Shown one piece after another: positions 48,081 through 61,400 of a stretch of 64,000 nt of DNA. A model generated the notes under the pieces. The model did not search any database and was not told where the DNA came from. It was given only the letters and a program-made list of their open reading frames with translations. Made by a program: the position numbers and the translations under genes. Each line of letters opens with the position of its first letter. Positions within the stretch are counted from its first letter, which is position 1. Source of the stretch: Macrostomum hystrix (taxonomy: Eukaryota; Animalia; Platyhelminthes); the NCBI GenBank assembly GCA_950097015.1, contig CATNEN010000039.1, positions 3,410,001-3,474,000 of the forward strand, read 5' to 3'.

Positions 48081-48550
48081 ATTAGGGAAACTAGGTAGTA
48101 TGTCAGAAGCTCTATGGGCGAAAGCTGGAAAATGATCAGTCTCAGGGCAGAATCACTAGGCATCTGATGGCAGTCTACAATGCATTGGGGAAGCTATGAG
48201 CTCGCTACTACTGTCCATCCATGTAAAAAATGAATCGAGTCAAGCCAGAAGCGCCAATCGTCCGAGGCCAGGCAGCGGTATGTATTTTTTTCAACTCCAA
48301 ACTTTCAGTCGCCAGGCACGCAGAGTGGGCCAGCCGAAAAGCAGAATTTCACGGATGTTAAAAATTGAGACCGGCAGCCATTGCGCTGAATAATCAACAA
48401 TGAATTTGTCAAATTGGAAAAATAAACAAAGTCGTAGTCGCACACTCGGGTGGCAAATGACCGACAAATGCAACAAGAGACGCTTGCAACCGCCAATCAG
48501 AATTAGAATTATTTAAACTTGAACTCTATATTCATAGCTTCTAAACCTAT

Positions 48551-49245
48551 TCTAAACCCAGTGTTATCTATAGTTCCACAGCAAAGGAGTTCTAAACCCA
48601 GTGTTATCTATAGTTCCACAGCAAAGGAGATCTAAACCCAGTGTTATCTATAGTTCCACAGCAAAGGAGTTCTAAACCCAGTGTTATCTATAGTTCCACA
48701 GCAAAGGAGATCTAAACCCAGTGTTATCTATAGTTCCACAGCAAAGGAGTTCTAAACCCAGTGTTATCTATAGTTCCACAGCAAAGGAGTTCTAAACCCA
48801 GTGTTATCTATAGTTCCACAGCAAAGGAGATCTAAACCCAGTGTTATCTATAGTTCCACAGCAAAGGAGTTCTAAACCCAGTGTTATCTATAGTTCCACA
48901 GCAAAGGAGATCTAAACCCAGTGTTATCTATAGTTCCACAGCAAATGAGTTCTAAACCCAGTGTTATCTATAGTTCCACAGCAAAGGAGTTCTAAACCCA
49001 GTGTTATCTATAGTTCCACAGCAAAGGAGATCTAAACCTAGTGTTATCTATAGTTCCACAGCAAATGAGTTCTAAACCCAGTGTTATCTATAGTTCCACA
49101 GCAAAGGAGTTCTAAACCCAGTGTTATCTATAGTTCCACAGCAAAGGAGATCTAAACCTAGTACTATAGCTCTATAGTTCCACAGCAAAGGAGTTCTAAA
49201 CCTAGTATTTCTAGATCCATAGCAAGGAGTTCTAAAACTAGTATC
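48551..49245. repeat. 40-bp tandem array (tctaaacccagtgttatctatagttccacagcaaaggagt)
   Basis: About 17 copies just downstream of the DDX18 stop codon. Confidence 0.97.
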
Positions 49246-49401
49246 TAACAGGAACAAATATTGGACAGCAAAGCGCCACAAATTTTCATGGAAAATAAAA
49301 AGGCTAGTTTAAAAATCTATTCCTCTCTGATTAAACGGGTCCCAGGCGTCTCAGGTGAGAAGGGGAGGGGATAAAAGAAGCGGAAGTCTCAGTCTTCAAC
49401 A

Positions 49402-52400
49402 TCAGCTGTGCAGCTTCCTGATGGTCTTCCGCTGGCCGGCCTTCTTCATTTTGATAGCGGCGCCGGGGCCACCGCCACCGTGAGCGCGCCGCCGAGCAGC
49501 CGCCTTGCCGCTGGCGCGCACGTCCAAATCGACCAACGGCGGCACCGCCAGGCCGAAGTTCTTTGCCGCCGCTTTCAAATCGAGGCGTTCAACAGCGAAG
49601 CACTTCTTCAGCGCGTGACTAGCGTAGGCCCGAACGAAGCCCTTGTAGGCCTCCTGGGCGCTGCGGCACAGGTAGTAGTTCTTCTCAACCAGCTTCTCCA
49701 GCTGGGCCTGAATGTCGCTCACCTTGGCCCAGCTGAATTCGTATTCGGTTACGCGAACCTTAGCGGCGCGCAGGTAAACTAGGAAAGGAAGCTCGTGATC
49801 GCGCAGCATTAGGAGGGCCCGGCCTGAGGCGCCTGCGCGGGCGGTGCGGCCCACTCTGTGGATGTACTCCTAGAAGAGATAATAATTGAGCAGTTCAAAA
49901 TTACGGAAGAGGTGAAAATTTATTTTGTGTAGAGGGCGGAGTGCGGATATTAGGTGTGTGGAGGGCGGATATTAGGTGTGTGGAGGGCGGATATTAGGTG
50001 TGTGGAGGGCGGATATTAGGTGTTAGGAGGGCGGATATTAGGTGTGTGGAGGGCGGATATTAGATGTGTGTAGGGCGGATATTAGGTGTTAGGAGGGCGG
50101 ATATTAGGTGTGTGGAGGGCGGATATTAGGTGTGAGGAGGGCGGATACACTAGGTGTGAGGAGGGCGGGTACACTGAGTGAGGGAGGGGCGGATTCTTCA
50201 TAAAAGCTCACCTTGGGGTCATCAGGCGGGTCGTACTGCACAATCCAGTCCACCCTGGGAATGTCGAGGCCTCTGGCGGCCACGTCGGTGCAGAGCAGGG
50301 TGGCGGACTCGGCAGAGCCGAACTGAAAGAATGTCTGTGTGCGCTTGGCCTGCTTCTGCTTGCCGTGGATGGCCATGACCGGCAGGTCGATGTAGTTGAG
50401 AAGCTCGTAGTAGAATTTCACTTCCAGGCAGGACGACATGAAGACCATGACTTTGCGCTTGCGGTTCTTCTTCAGGAAGGTGTACAGGACAGAGAAGCGA
50501 CGCTCAGGCGGACAGACAACGTACCTGAAATTTGAAACAGGCCATGAATGAGGTCAGGGTGTTTTCAGAGCCTTTCAGCAGACACTTCCCTGAATCGGTC
50601 AAAATCGACCGATAATCTGACATTCCAGGAGCAAAAGTCCTTCGACTGAAACTCTGACATTTTTCGGCATAAAAATGGGATTCTTCCTTCAAAGTCTGAC
50701 ATTCCTCGACCAAAAACTGACTATCTTGGACCGAAGTCTGACTTCAATCCTAATTATTCTATTATAATTTTTTTATTTAGCAAGCTGATCATACTAACCT
50801 ATTAGTGCAGAAAACATTACATTTGCTATACTATTTTACCTGGCATATAAGGGAGGAACTGTCACTCTGCACCTGTCGATCATAAATGACACACCCTGTT
50901 AAAGAAAGCATTGCAGCTAATAGACAGCAGAAAATACAAAGAGAAAATGCGCACAGCAATATTCTTTGTTGTCAGTAAAAAAGCAAAAACCACTGAAACG
51001 AGCTCAGCAATGTCACATAGTTCAGGCAATCACTGAGAGCCTTTAAATCGAAATTATAGTTAAGACAAAAGAATTCAAGAGGCCTATTGTCACGACTTTC
51101 ATTTTTTGCTATTTTTAGCTAGCTTTATTTTTTTAAGGACCAGAGTATAGTTAATTTTTTAAGTGAAGCCAGACTCAAACTCATGGAGCAGGCCATTGTT
51201 GATGCTTTCCTGAATTTTAGACATAGTGCGCGCTTCAATTGGCTTGGCGTTGGCTGTAATGATAATAGCTCTGAAAAACATTCTAAATCATTCGCGAATT
51301 CCTATCTGAACAATGCTAACTTAAATCTTTAAGTGCCATTAAATAATTGAACTGGAAATCTAATACACAAATGGTGGGACTAGGCAGACAGACAAAATAG
51401 AAAACAAAAAACAACAGAGAGAGAAATAGATAGACGGCTAGAACAGGCAGAACGACACGCCGAACTTAAATACAGAGACTTAGAACTCAAAGTCAGACAC
51501 TCGAAAACAGACACTGAGAACACAACTGTAGTGTGCGTACGCACGTGAGCCAGGCCCAGGTGTACACCTGGGTCGTTTGATTGGTTGCGGAGCGGGGTGG
51601 GTGTCGCCACCCCAGTTCTAGCAAATAATATATGGACGCGCGCTCAGCGTGGCAGTAAAGATTGAGAGTTTTGTCTGCTCACTAAAAATAGCCTCGGCCT
51701 TAGTTATTACAATGGCATCGCAAGCACCGAACCCCTAGTGCACCATGACTGAGCAAATTTCTCTCGCGCCTCCCGGCCAGTTTGTTATCGATAGCGATTG
51801 CCACTCAACTGCACAGCGCTGGACTGCATGGGCTCGCCGGTTCGCCACATACATTAACGCAGCTGGGATCCATGACGCAAAGCGAGGGCAGCACCTGCTG
51901 TTGTACGCCGCGGGAGAGGAGCTGCAGACCATCGTCGAAGAGAATGAAATTGACGCTGGGGAAGACTACAGCAGCCTCGCAAAGAATATCCAGGAATTCT
52001 GGGACGGCAAGAACAGCATCGTGTTCCTCCGCTTCAAGTTCGAGACCTGCAGACAACAGCAAGGCGAGACAATCGACCAGTGGTACCAGCGCCTGCGCAA
52101 GGCGGCGGAGCCGTGCGAGTTTGGAGCGATCAAGGACTCGCTGATCCGAGACAAAATCGTCGCCTACTGTGACTCCGAGAGGCTGAGGAGAGACTTCCTA
52201 CAGAGCAAAGACATCACCCTGACAGATGTGCTGAGGAAGGCGAGAGCCAAAGAAGCGGCGGAGCAGCAGGCCAGCGCGATGGAGAACGGCAGGCCAGGTG
52301 AGCCGCAGCAGCAACTCGCAGCCATCCGGAGAGCCGAGCAGCCACCAGGGCCGCAGGTGCGCTGCAATCGGTGCGGCAGGCCAGGGCACTCCACGTGCGC

Positions 52401-55400
52401 CGCGGCGCAAGGCAAGAGCTGCAGAAAGTGCGGAAAGCCAGGCCACTTCGCCCGAGCTTGCAGGTCCAGGCAGGAGGCGCCCCAAAGCAATTCGAATGCT
52501 GTCGCGATGCTGCAAGGTGAGACCAGCTACGAGAGGGTGGACGACCCGGACACCGGCATATTCAAGGTCGACCAGGAGGAGCAATCCGCCCACACAGTAG
52601 CTGAGATCAACGGCACCAGACTGTCAGTGCTGATCGACAGCGGGGCGGCTCGCAATGTGATCAACCGCGCAACGTTTGAGAGCCTTAAACAGCGGCCGCG
52701 TCTGCAAGCAGCCTCTGACAGGTTGTTCGCGTACGGCTCGGACCGGCCGATGCAACTCATCGGCAAGGCGGCGATGTCCATCCGCTTATTCGGCCGACGG
52801 GCGGTCGCCACATTTCACGCCACTGGTCGAAGGCAGAGGCATCACCATCATCGGCAGGCAGACGGCCACTCAAATGGAAATCCTGCGGATCGGACCACCA
52901 CCGACGGTCGATCATCAGGTGCTGCAGGTCGCGGAAGCGGAGGCGGCTGTCGACAGCCTCCTCGGCAACACGAGATCCAGTGGAATGCCCCAAGATGCCC
53001 TTGGCAGGATACTGCGCAAGTACTCCAGCGTGCTCAGCGGCATCGGCTGCTTCACCGGGCCGCCAGTCAGCATCCACCTGACCGACAACGCCCGACCGGT
53101 TTGTCACGCACCGTCTAAGGTACCGATTCACCTGGCCGAGGCAGTGGACAAGGAGCTGCAGCTACTGGAGCAGCTCGGAATCATCGAGCCCGTCGACGGA
53201 CCAGTTCCGTGGGTCGCGCGGATGGTCGTTGTGCCCAAGAAGGAGCCAGGCGAAGTGCGGATCACACAGGACCTCCGCGATGTCAATCGCTATGTCATCC
53301 GCGAGCGTCACCAGATTCCGACTTTTGAAGAGGTGACGGGAGACATGGCCGGCAGCACCGTCTTCTCGGAACTGGACATCGCGAAGGCGTTCTACCAGGT
53401 GCCTGTAGCAGAAGAATGCCGCAATCTGCTGACATTCTCGACACCCCGAGGACTTCGTCGTCTCACTCGGCTGTGCATGGGCCTGTCCACCTCACAGGAG
53501 ATCCTACAGAGCGTGATGTGCAGAGTGCTGGCAGGCCTGCCCAACGTAAAATGGATCCACGACGACGTGGTCGTGTTCGGCCGCACGATGGCGGAGCACA
53601 ACAGCAGCCTCGAGGCCTGCCTGGCCCGCCTGGCGCAACACGGCATCACGCTAAATGCTCGAAAATGCAGGTTGGCACGCAGCAGCATTGAGTTTATGGG
53701 AATGCGACTGACGGCCGAAGGAGTCCAAGCCACAGAAAGCAAGGTCGCCGCCGTTCAAGAATTCAAGGAGCCAGAGACGATAAGCCAACTTCGATCGTTC
53801 TTGGGCCTCGTGAATTATCTCGCAGTATTCACGCCACAGCTGGCCAAGGTGGCGGAGCCGCTGCGACGCCTGACCCGGAAGAACACCGACTGGCAGTGGG
53901 GCGCCGACCAGGCCAGCGCCTTTGCGCAGCTAAAGCGCAGCATTGCGGAGCCAACAACGCTGGCATTCTACGACAAGCGGCTACGGACACAGCTGATTGT
54001 GGACGCGGGACCAACCGGACTCGGCGCAATCCTGGCGCAAGTACAGCACGACGGCAGTTCGCGGCCAGTCGCATACGCGAGCCGGACCCTCTCCGACGTA
54101 GAGCGGCGATATTCGCAGACCGAAAAAGAGGCGCTCGCCGTGAAGTTCGGCTGCCTGAAGTTTGAGTACTACTTGTATGGATCGCCCGAATTCACGGTGA
54201 TCTCCGACCACAAGCCGCTGACAGCCATGTATGCGCCAGGGTCACGGCCGCCTCCACGAGTCGAGCGTATGGCGCTGCGTATCCAGCACCTGGTATTCAA
54301 GGTCGAATACCAGCCAGGAGCGTCCAATGCTGCAGACATACTCAGCAGGCAGCCTCTAAACGCTGAAGGAAGTAGGACCAGCGAGCAGCTGAGAGAGGCC
54401 TACATAAACGAGGTAGCGCAGGCGGCTGTCCCGAAGGCGCTCACGCTCGAAGACATCCGCAAAAGCTCAGCCAGCGACCCAGTTATCCGGGCAGCGATAG
54501 CAGCGATGCAAGGCGGCCAATGGGACCGCTCTAGCGCTGAGATGCGGTCACTCCACGCGCTGCGAGAGGAGCTGTCGGCGGTAGACGGAGTTCTTCTTCG
54601 GAATCAGCGGATTGTCGTGCCAGCAGCTCTACGGCAGCAGATGCTCGAGCTGGCGCACCAAGGACACCAGTGCTCGCAGAAGACGACCGCAAGGCTCAGC
54701 AGCAAGGTCTGGTGGCCGAGAATGGCAACACAAGCGGAGGAGTTCGTCAGTCGGTGCCGCAGCTGTGCCATCACGTCTCACACGCCAGCCGTCCGGGCTA
54801 CGCCTCTACAGCCGACGCCTATCCCTAAGGGCGCCTGGTTGTCGATTGGGGCTGACTTTGTAGGCCCGATCAACAACAACATGCTGCTGGTGTGCGTGGA
54901 CAGATACTCGAGATTCCCAGAGGTGCAGCTCATGCAGACAACGACGGCCGAGGCACTGGTCCCGCGCCTGCGAGAAATGTTCGCGCGATTTGGCATCCCG
55001 CAGGAGCTCGTAACTGACAACGGGCCGCCATTTTCATCCAAGGAGTTTGGCCGTTTCCTAGAAAGCTACGGCATCAAGCACCGCCTCATCACGCCTTACT
55101 ACCCAGCCGCCAACGGCATGACAGAGCGGCTGAACCGCTCAATCAACAAGGTCGTGCGGGCGGCAATCGAGGAGCGGCGCGACTGGAGGGCTGCTCTGGA
55201 CGAGTGGCTGCTGGCCTACAGGAACACGCCGCACACAGCCACGGGCCGCGCGCCAGCCGAGCTGCTGATGGGCCGGCGACCAAATGATGTCATCCCCGCC
55301 GCCCGGCCATCCCAGCGCGTCCGCATCAACGAGCAGCGGCTGCGAGAGATGGATGCGAGCGCCAAGGCCGCGATGAAGCAGCGAGCGGACGCCAGGAGGC

Positions 55401-58400
55401 GGCCACGGCGGCACGAAATCCAGGTCGGCGATTCGGTGCTGCGACGGCGAGTCGGTGCCAGCAAGACGCAAACGCCATTCGAGAGCGGCGCCTGGACAGT
55501 CCAGCGGGTGGCCGGCAACTCGCTGATGCTGCGTCGTGACGGCGCGGCCTGCTGGCGGCATTGCACGGCGGTCAAGGTCGTCACCCCAGAATCAGACGAC
55601 GCTGGTGCCAGGCCGCAGGCTGCCGCGCCAGAAACTCCAGGCGAGGCGGCGCGGAACCCGGCCGAATCCCCGGTGGCGCTGCGCCCGCACCCCCGCGCTG
55701 CACGGGGTGGCGTGAAGATCTACAAGGACTAAACCAAGGACTGAAAACGAACTGACTTTTCCACTGACATTAACAATCACATGCACGCTTTTCTTTGCAA
55801 GTCCGATGCGACTATCAATTCGAGTGTTTTATTTCCTCCAATAGCTGCATATTTTTTTTCGGTCGAGTTCTTTTTCGTTCTTTTCGACATCTTGCTTCTC
55901 GAATTCGTTCTTTTTTTGTCTCCCCACAGTTTCTGTTCGAAGGGGGAGAGATGTAGTGTGCGTACGCACGTGAGCCAGGCCCAGGTGTACACCTGGGTCG
56001 TTTGATTGGTTGCGGAGCGGGGTGGGTGTCGCCACCCCAGTTCTAGCAAATAATATATGGACGCGCGCTCAGCGTGGCAGTAAAGATTGAGAGTTTTGTC
56101 TGCTCACTAAAAATAGCCTCGGCCTTAGTTATTACAACAACGATAGGGCACTCAAAACACAAAGACAGACACTGAGAACAAAGACAGACACCGAGAACAA
56201 AAACAGACACTGATAACACAAAGACAGACACTGAGAACACAAAGACAGACACTGAGAACACAAAGACAGACACCGAGAACACAAAGACAGACACTGAGAA
56301 CACAAAAGAAAAATACTCAGAACACAAAGACAGACACTGAGAACAAAGACAAACACTGATAACACAAAGACAGACACTGAGAACACAAAGACAGACACTC
56401 GGAACAGACAGGTGATGGGGGCGCTTACCCTTGCTCTAGACTGTCAACGGTAGCGGCCAACTCTTGGTCGTCGACGCCAACCCGGAGGCACTCGGTGCGC
56501 AGAGCCTCCTTGGCCAGCGACTTGGTGCGGTCATTCAGCGTAGCCGTGAACAGCATCGACTGTCGCTTCTTCGGCAGCAGTCGGAGAATCTGCTTCATCT
56601 CTTCCTCGAAGCCGACATCCAAAATGCGGTCGGCCTCGTCGAGAACCAGGCAGGCCAGGTTCTTGTAGAGAAAGTTCTCCGTGTTCTGCAGGTGGTCCAG
56701 CAGGCGACCCGGCGTGGCCACCAGGATGGTGCAGCCTTTGGCCAGGTTGCGAGCCTCCTCGGAGCGGTTGGTGCCGCCCATGACAACACCGATGCGGAAG
56801 TTGTGATGCTTCACCAGCTCCTGCGGGGAAATTTTGGGCAAGATGTACAGCTATAAGCACAACCACAGCAATTACTTATTTTCCCATTCAATTTGACAAT
56901 TTAGCCTGCAGAAATTTGATTCAAAAAGTGATTATTCAATTTAGACACTTCCTCGTTGTAGTGCACTGTGTTGCCCTCTCCCTCCCACGCTGGCATAGCG
57001 TCACGGTCAACGTGCACTGCTCTTGGCATGTAGGTGTTACGTAATGACTGGGCTGCACGTCGGCAGCCACTATGTGGCTGCGACTATATAACAACTCAAA
57101 TATACGGCCCAAGAGGCCAAGAGACTGCGAGAGCACGGCATCACCCTCAACGGCAGCAAATGCCGCTGGGGGATCGGCAAGGCCAAGTTCATGGCGATGA
57201 CGCTGTCCAAGTTTGGGATCCAGCCATCTCAAGAGAAGATCGCCGAGCTGCAAGCCTTCAAAGAACCACAGTCCGTCAAGGAGGTCCGGTCGTTCCTCGG
57301 CCTGGCCAACCACCTGGAGAAGTTCATGCCGCAGCTAGCGGACAAGGCGGAGCCGCTCAGGCGTCTGACACGGAAGGGCCAGGAGTTCGTCTGGGACAGC
57401 GAGCAGCAGCAGGCCTTCCAGAACGTCAAGGACGGCATCTCGGAGAGCGGCACCCTGGCCTTCTTCGACAAGCAGCTGCCAACAGAGATAGTGGTCGATG
57501 CATCGCCCGTTGGCGTCGGCGCCATCCTGCACCTCGGTGGGCAGACCCGGCCGGTGGCCTACGCGAGCCGCACCCTCAGCGAGGTCGAGCGGCGCTACAG
57601 CCAGATCCAGCGCTGTAGCAAATATCAGCACTATCGAGCGCTGTAGCATCCTGGGCGTCAAGTTCGGCTGCCTAAAGTTCGCGTTCTACCTGGAGGGCTG
57701 TCCTCATTTCGACGTCTACACCGACCACAAGCCGCTGCTGGGCATCTACAGGCCAGACTCCCGGCCGCCGCCGCGACTCGAGCGCATCATGCTACAGACG
57801 CAGCACTTCTCGTTCACGCTGCACTACCGCAAGGGCGAGGACAATCCGGCCGATCCCCTGAGCCGCAACCCGCTGCCGGAGACGTCGCCGGGCAGGGACG
57901 TGGCCGCGGAGACCAGGCTGCTCAACGCCGTGGTCCGGGCCGCGACACCGAAGGGCCTGACGATGGACAGGATTCGCGCTGCAACCAAGAGGGACCCCGC
58001 TCTGACGGTCGTCATGCAAGCCCTAGCGACTGGCCACTGGCGCTGCGGCGCCGCGGCCCCGGCGCACAGCTTCCGGTCCCTGAAGGATGAGCTCAGCGTC
58101 CACGACGACGTCTTGCTCCGGGGCAGCAAGATCGTGATCCCGGCGGAGCCGCAGCAGCTGACCATCGCACTGGCGCACCAGGGTCACCTCGGCCAGAAGA
58201 AAACGTGCGACCGGCTGCAGCGGAAGGTCTGGTGGCCCGGCATGACACAGCAGGTCGAGGCCGTTGTCTCCCACTGCCGCCCGTGCCAGGCGGCTCGACC
58301 GGACGGCGCCGTCAAGCAGCCGCCGATGCAGCCGACACCGCTGCCCTCGGGGCCGTGGCAATCGCTGAGCGTGGACGTCTGCGGACCGTTCCCGACTGGC

Positions 58401-61400
58401 GAGAACGTGGTGGTCCTGGTGGACTACTTCAGCCGGTACCCGGACACATACGTGGTGCGCAGCCTCACGAGCACCAGCATCATCACCTGCGCCATGGCCT
58501 CGTTCAGCCGCTTCGGCGTGCCACAGCAGATCACCACGGACAACGCGACCTACTTCACGAGCGAGGAGTTCAAGGAGTTCCTCGACGGCCTCGGAGTCCA
58601 GCACCGCAGGGTCACCCCACTCTACCCGGCAGCGAACGGCGAGGTCGAGCGATTCAACCGCAGCCTCAACAAGTGTGTCAACGCCGCGGCAGCGGAGGGC
58701 AAGGACTGGCGCCGGGCCATCCATGAGTGGCTGCTCGGCTACCGCAACTCGGTGCACCGCGGCACGGGCCGTTCGCCCAACGACCTCATGTTCAACAGGG
58801 CCGTCGGCGACCTTCTGCCTGCCGGCCCCGCGGAGCAGCTGGGCGACGCCGGACGGCAGCTGCAGCGACATGACCGCAGCTACAAGCAGGCGATGCGCCG
58901 CGCGGCCGACACGCGACGAGCGGCAGCGCCACACGGCATTTCGGCGGGCGCCCGCGTGCTGCTCAGGAACCGCGGCAAGGCCAAACTGCGGTGCCCGTTC
59001 GACCCGCGCCCCTGGCTCGTCAAAGCGGTCCACGGCGATGCTTTGACGCTGGAGAGAGGCGAGGCCGTGCTGCGGCGGCACGTGACTGAGACCAAGCCGC
59101 TGCGCGAGTGCCCCTGGGAGCCGGACGAACCGCTGGACGGCGGCCCGCTGATCCGCAGCCCGCCACAGACGGCGGCGCCACGGACGTGGCCATAGCGCAG
59201 AGGCCCCACCCCAGGCAGGCTAAGAGGCACATCTGCTATAAGGAGTGACTGTAGTGACAGGGTCTGACAGGCATCTTTCCATGGAACTATTTTCGGTTTA
59301 TTTTGCGTTCCGATTTTTCAAGACCCACTAAATGCGCCGCGCGTTTGAACTTTTTTTTACTCTGAGGGGGAGAGATGTAGTGCACTGTGTTGCCCTCTCC
59401 CTCCCACGCTGGCATAGCGTCACGGTCAACGTGCACTGCTCTTGGCATGTAGGTGTTACGTAATGACTGGGCTGCACGTCGGCAGCCACTATGTGGCTGC
59501 GACTATATAACAACTCAAATATACGGCCCAAGAGGCCACGTTCCTTACTAACTCAACGGCACTACACTCGTCTTGCGGTTTTTGTCTATGGCAAAATTTT
59601 CAGTTCTGACGCAAAACTCAAATTAAAATTAGACAGCCACTATTCATTTTAGACAAGCTTAACTTTAAACATCTCTGTTTATATGTAGGTTTGGAGTTTG
59701 GACACTCAATATTTACCATAGACAGCGTGCAATAATGCTCCAGTCACCATTATCTGCACGCTGACGATTGGATAATTGTATTTATTGCAAGCTGTCTATG
59801 GTAAATCCTGGCATTGTTTTGTCTCAGCTAGTGTCCAAACCATTCGTCAATGGAAAATGAATGGTGGCTGTCTAATTGGAATGTGAGTTTTGGCTGAGAA
59901 ACCCGAAGCTAAAAACCTCACAGAAACAGGCGCATGACGATTAAGCATCAATAATTCGATAACAAATCTGATAGCCATTTGTTGCCGTGCAAAAAGTCGA
60001 AGCCTATTTCTAGGCCTAGACGCTTGAGCATACGATATAAGAGCTCTCTTCCTCAAAAATATGCGAAGCCTATTTTTCAGGAAGCGAAAATGATAGACAT
60101 CAGGGTTCAGAGTTGATGCAAAAAAGCATCGCAAAAATTCAAGCCCCACTTGAAATCTCAAATAAAAGACGAATTGCGCACTTATTCGCCACCGCACATA
60201 TTTCTGAATCTTCTTAATGACTCTCCAGGAAGATACTGGAGACACAGAAGGGTTCAGACTTGCTTCTCTCCTAAACAACAACTAAACTTTGTCTGAACAA
60301 TAAAAATATAAAACGAGACCGAACGAAATCAATGTGCCTTAGAGCTTGACCTTCAAAAAGGGCGGGGACAGGCCACAAAAAATTTGGCTGTTTCGGCCAC
60401 ATTTTGGCGCGAAGCAGCGAAATTTGGGCTCAATCTTGACAGTGAAAAAAGCTGCCGAAAAAGCAGCTGATGAATTTTGAAGTTCAAAATTCGCTGTTTT
60501 CTTATTGACGTTTCTTGCTATGGAAGCAACCTTAATTCGCCACCATCATCAACATCACCAGCACCCGCAAAATCGCCACCATCATCATTACCATCGTCAT
60601 CAAGATCATCGCCGCCATTCACAACAACATCGCCGCCACCATCATTATCATCGCCATCGACTCTGACTGACTATTCATTGAGAATAAATTTATCCGTAAA
60701 AAGCTGCCTTCTTTTAGGCGGGAGATAGCGCAACTATTGCTACAAGCTTGAAAGAGACAGAGAATGCGGAGTGGCAGAGAAGGCTATGGCGGGAGGGTGC
60801 AAATGTACATCTGTAGTGGCAGAGGGTAGGCTGGAGAAGGCTAGGCCGGAGGGTGTGAATGTACATCTGTAGTGGCAGAGGGTAGGCTGGAGAAGGCTAG
60901 GCCGGAGGGTGTGAATGTACATCTGTAGTGGCAGAGGGTAGGCTGGAAAAGGCTAGGCCGGAGGGTGTGAATGTACATCTGTAGTGGCAGAGGGTAGGCT
61001 GGAGAAGGCTAGGCCGGAGGGTGCGAATGTACATCTGTAGTGGCAGAGGGTAGGCTGGAGAAGGCTAGGCCGGAGGGTGCGAGTGTACATCTGTAGTGGC
61101 AGAGGGTAGGCTGGAGAAGGCTAGGCCGGAGGGTGCGAATGTACATCTGAAGCGATTAGTTCTTTGAATTGAGGCAATTGCAGTGCAACGAATCGGTTAC
61201 AGAACAGCGGCAGGGGGAGTTAAGACGTTGCGAGTGGTCACTGGTTAGCTTATTTTAGTTTGCGCACGGAAGCGTAACAGGCAATTATTAAAAAAGCAGA
61301 AGACAGGCGCATTAAGCTGTGAGCATGCTAGACAAAGGCCCCTGCAACTTTTAAAGGGAGGCCGGTCCCGCAACAGTGCACCGAGATGTAAGGCGCTACT

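Noticed and set aside
53550-53575. Non-canonical RT active site IHDD
   Set aside because: Replacement of Tyr in YxDD is common in some invertebrate Gypsy lineages; the catalytic aspartates are intact.
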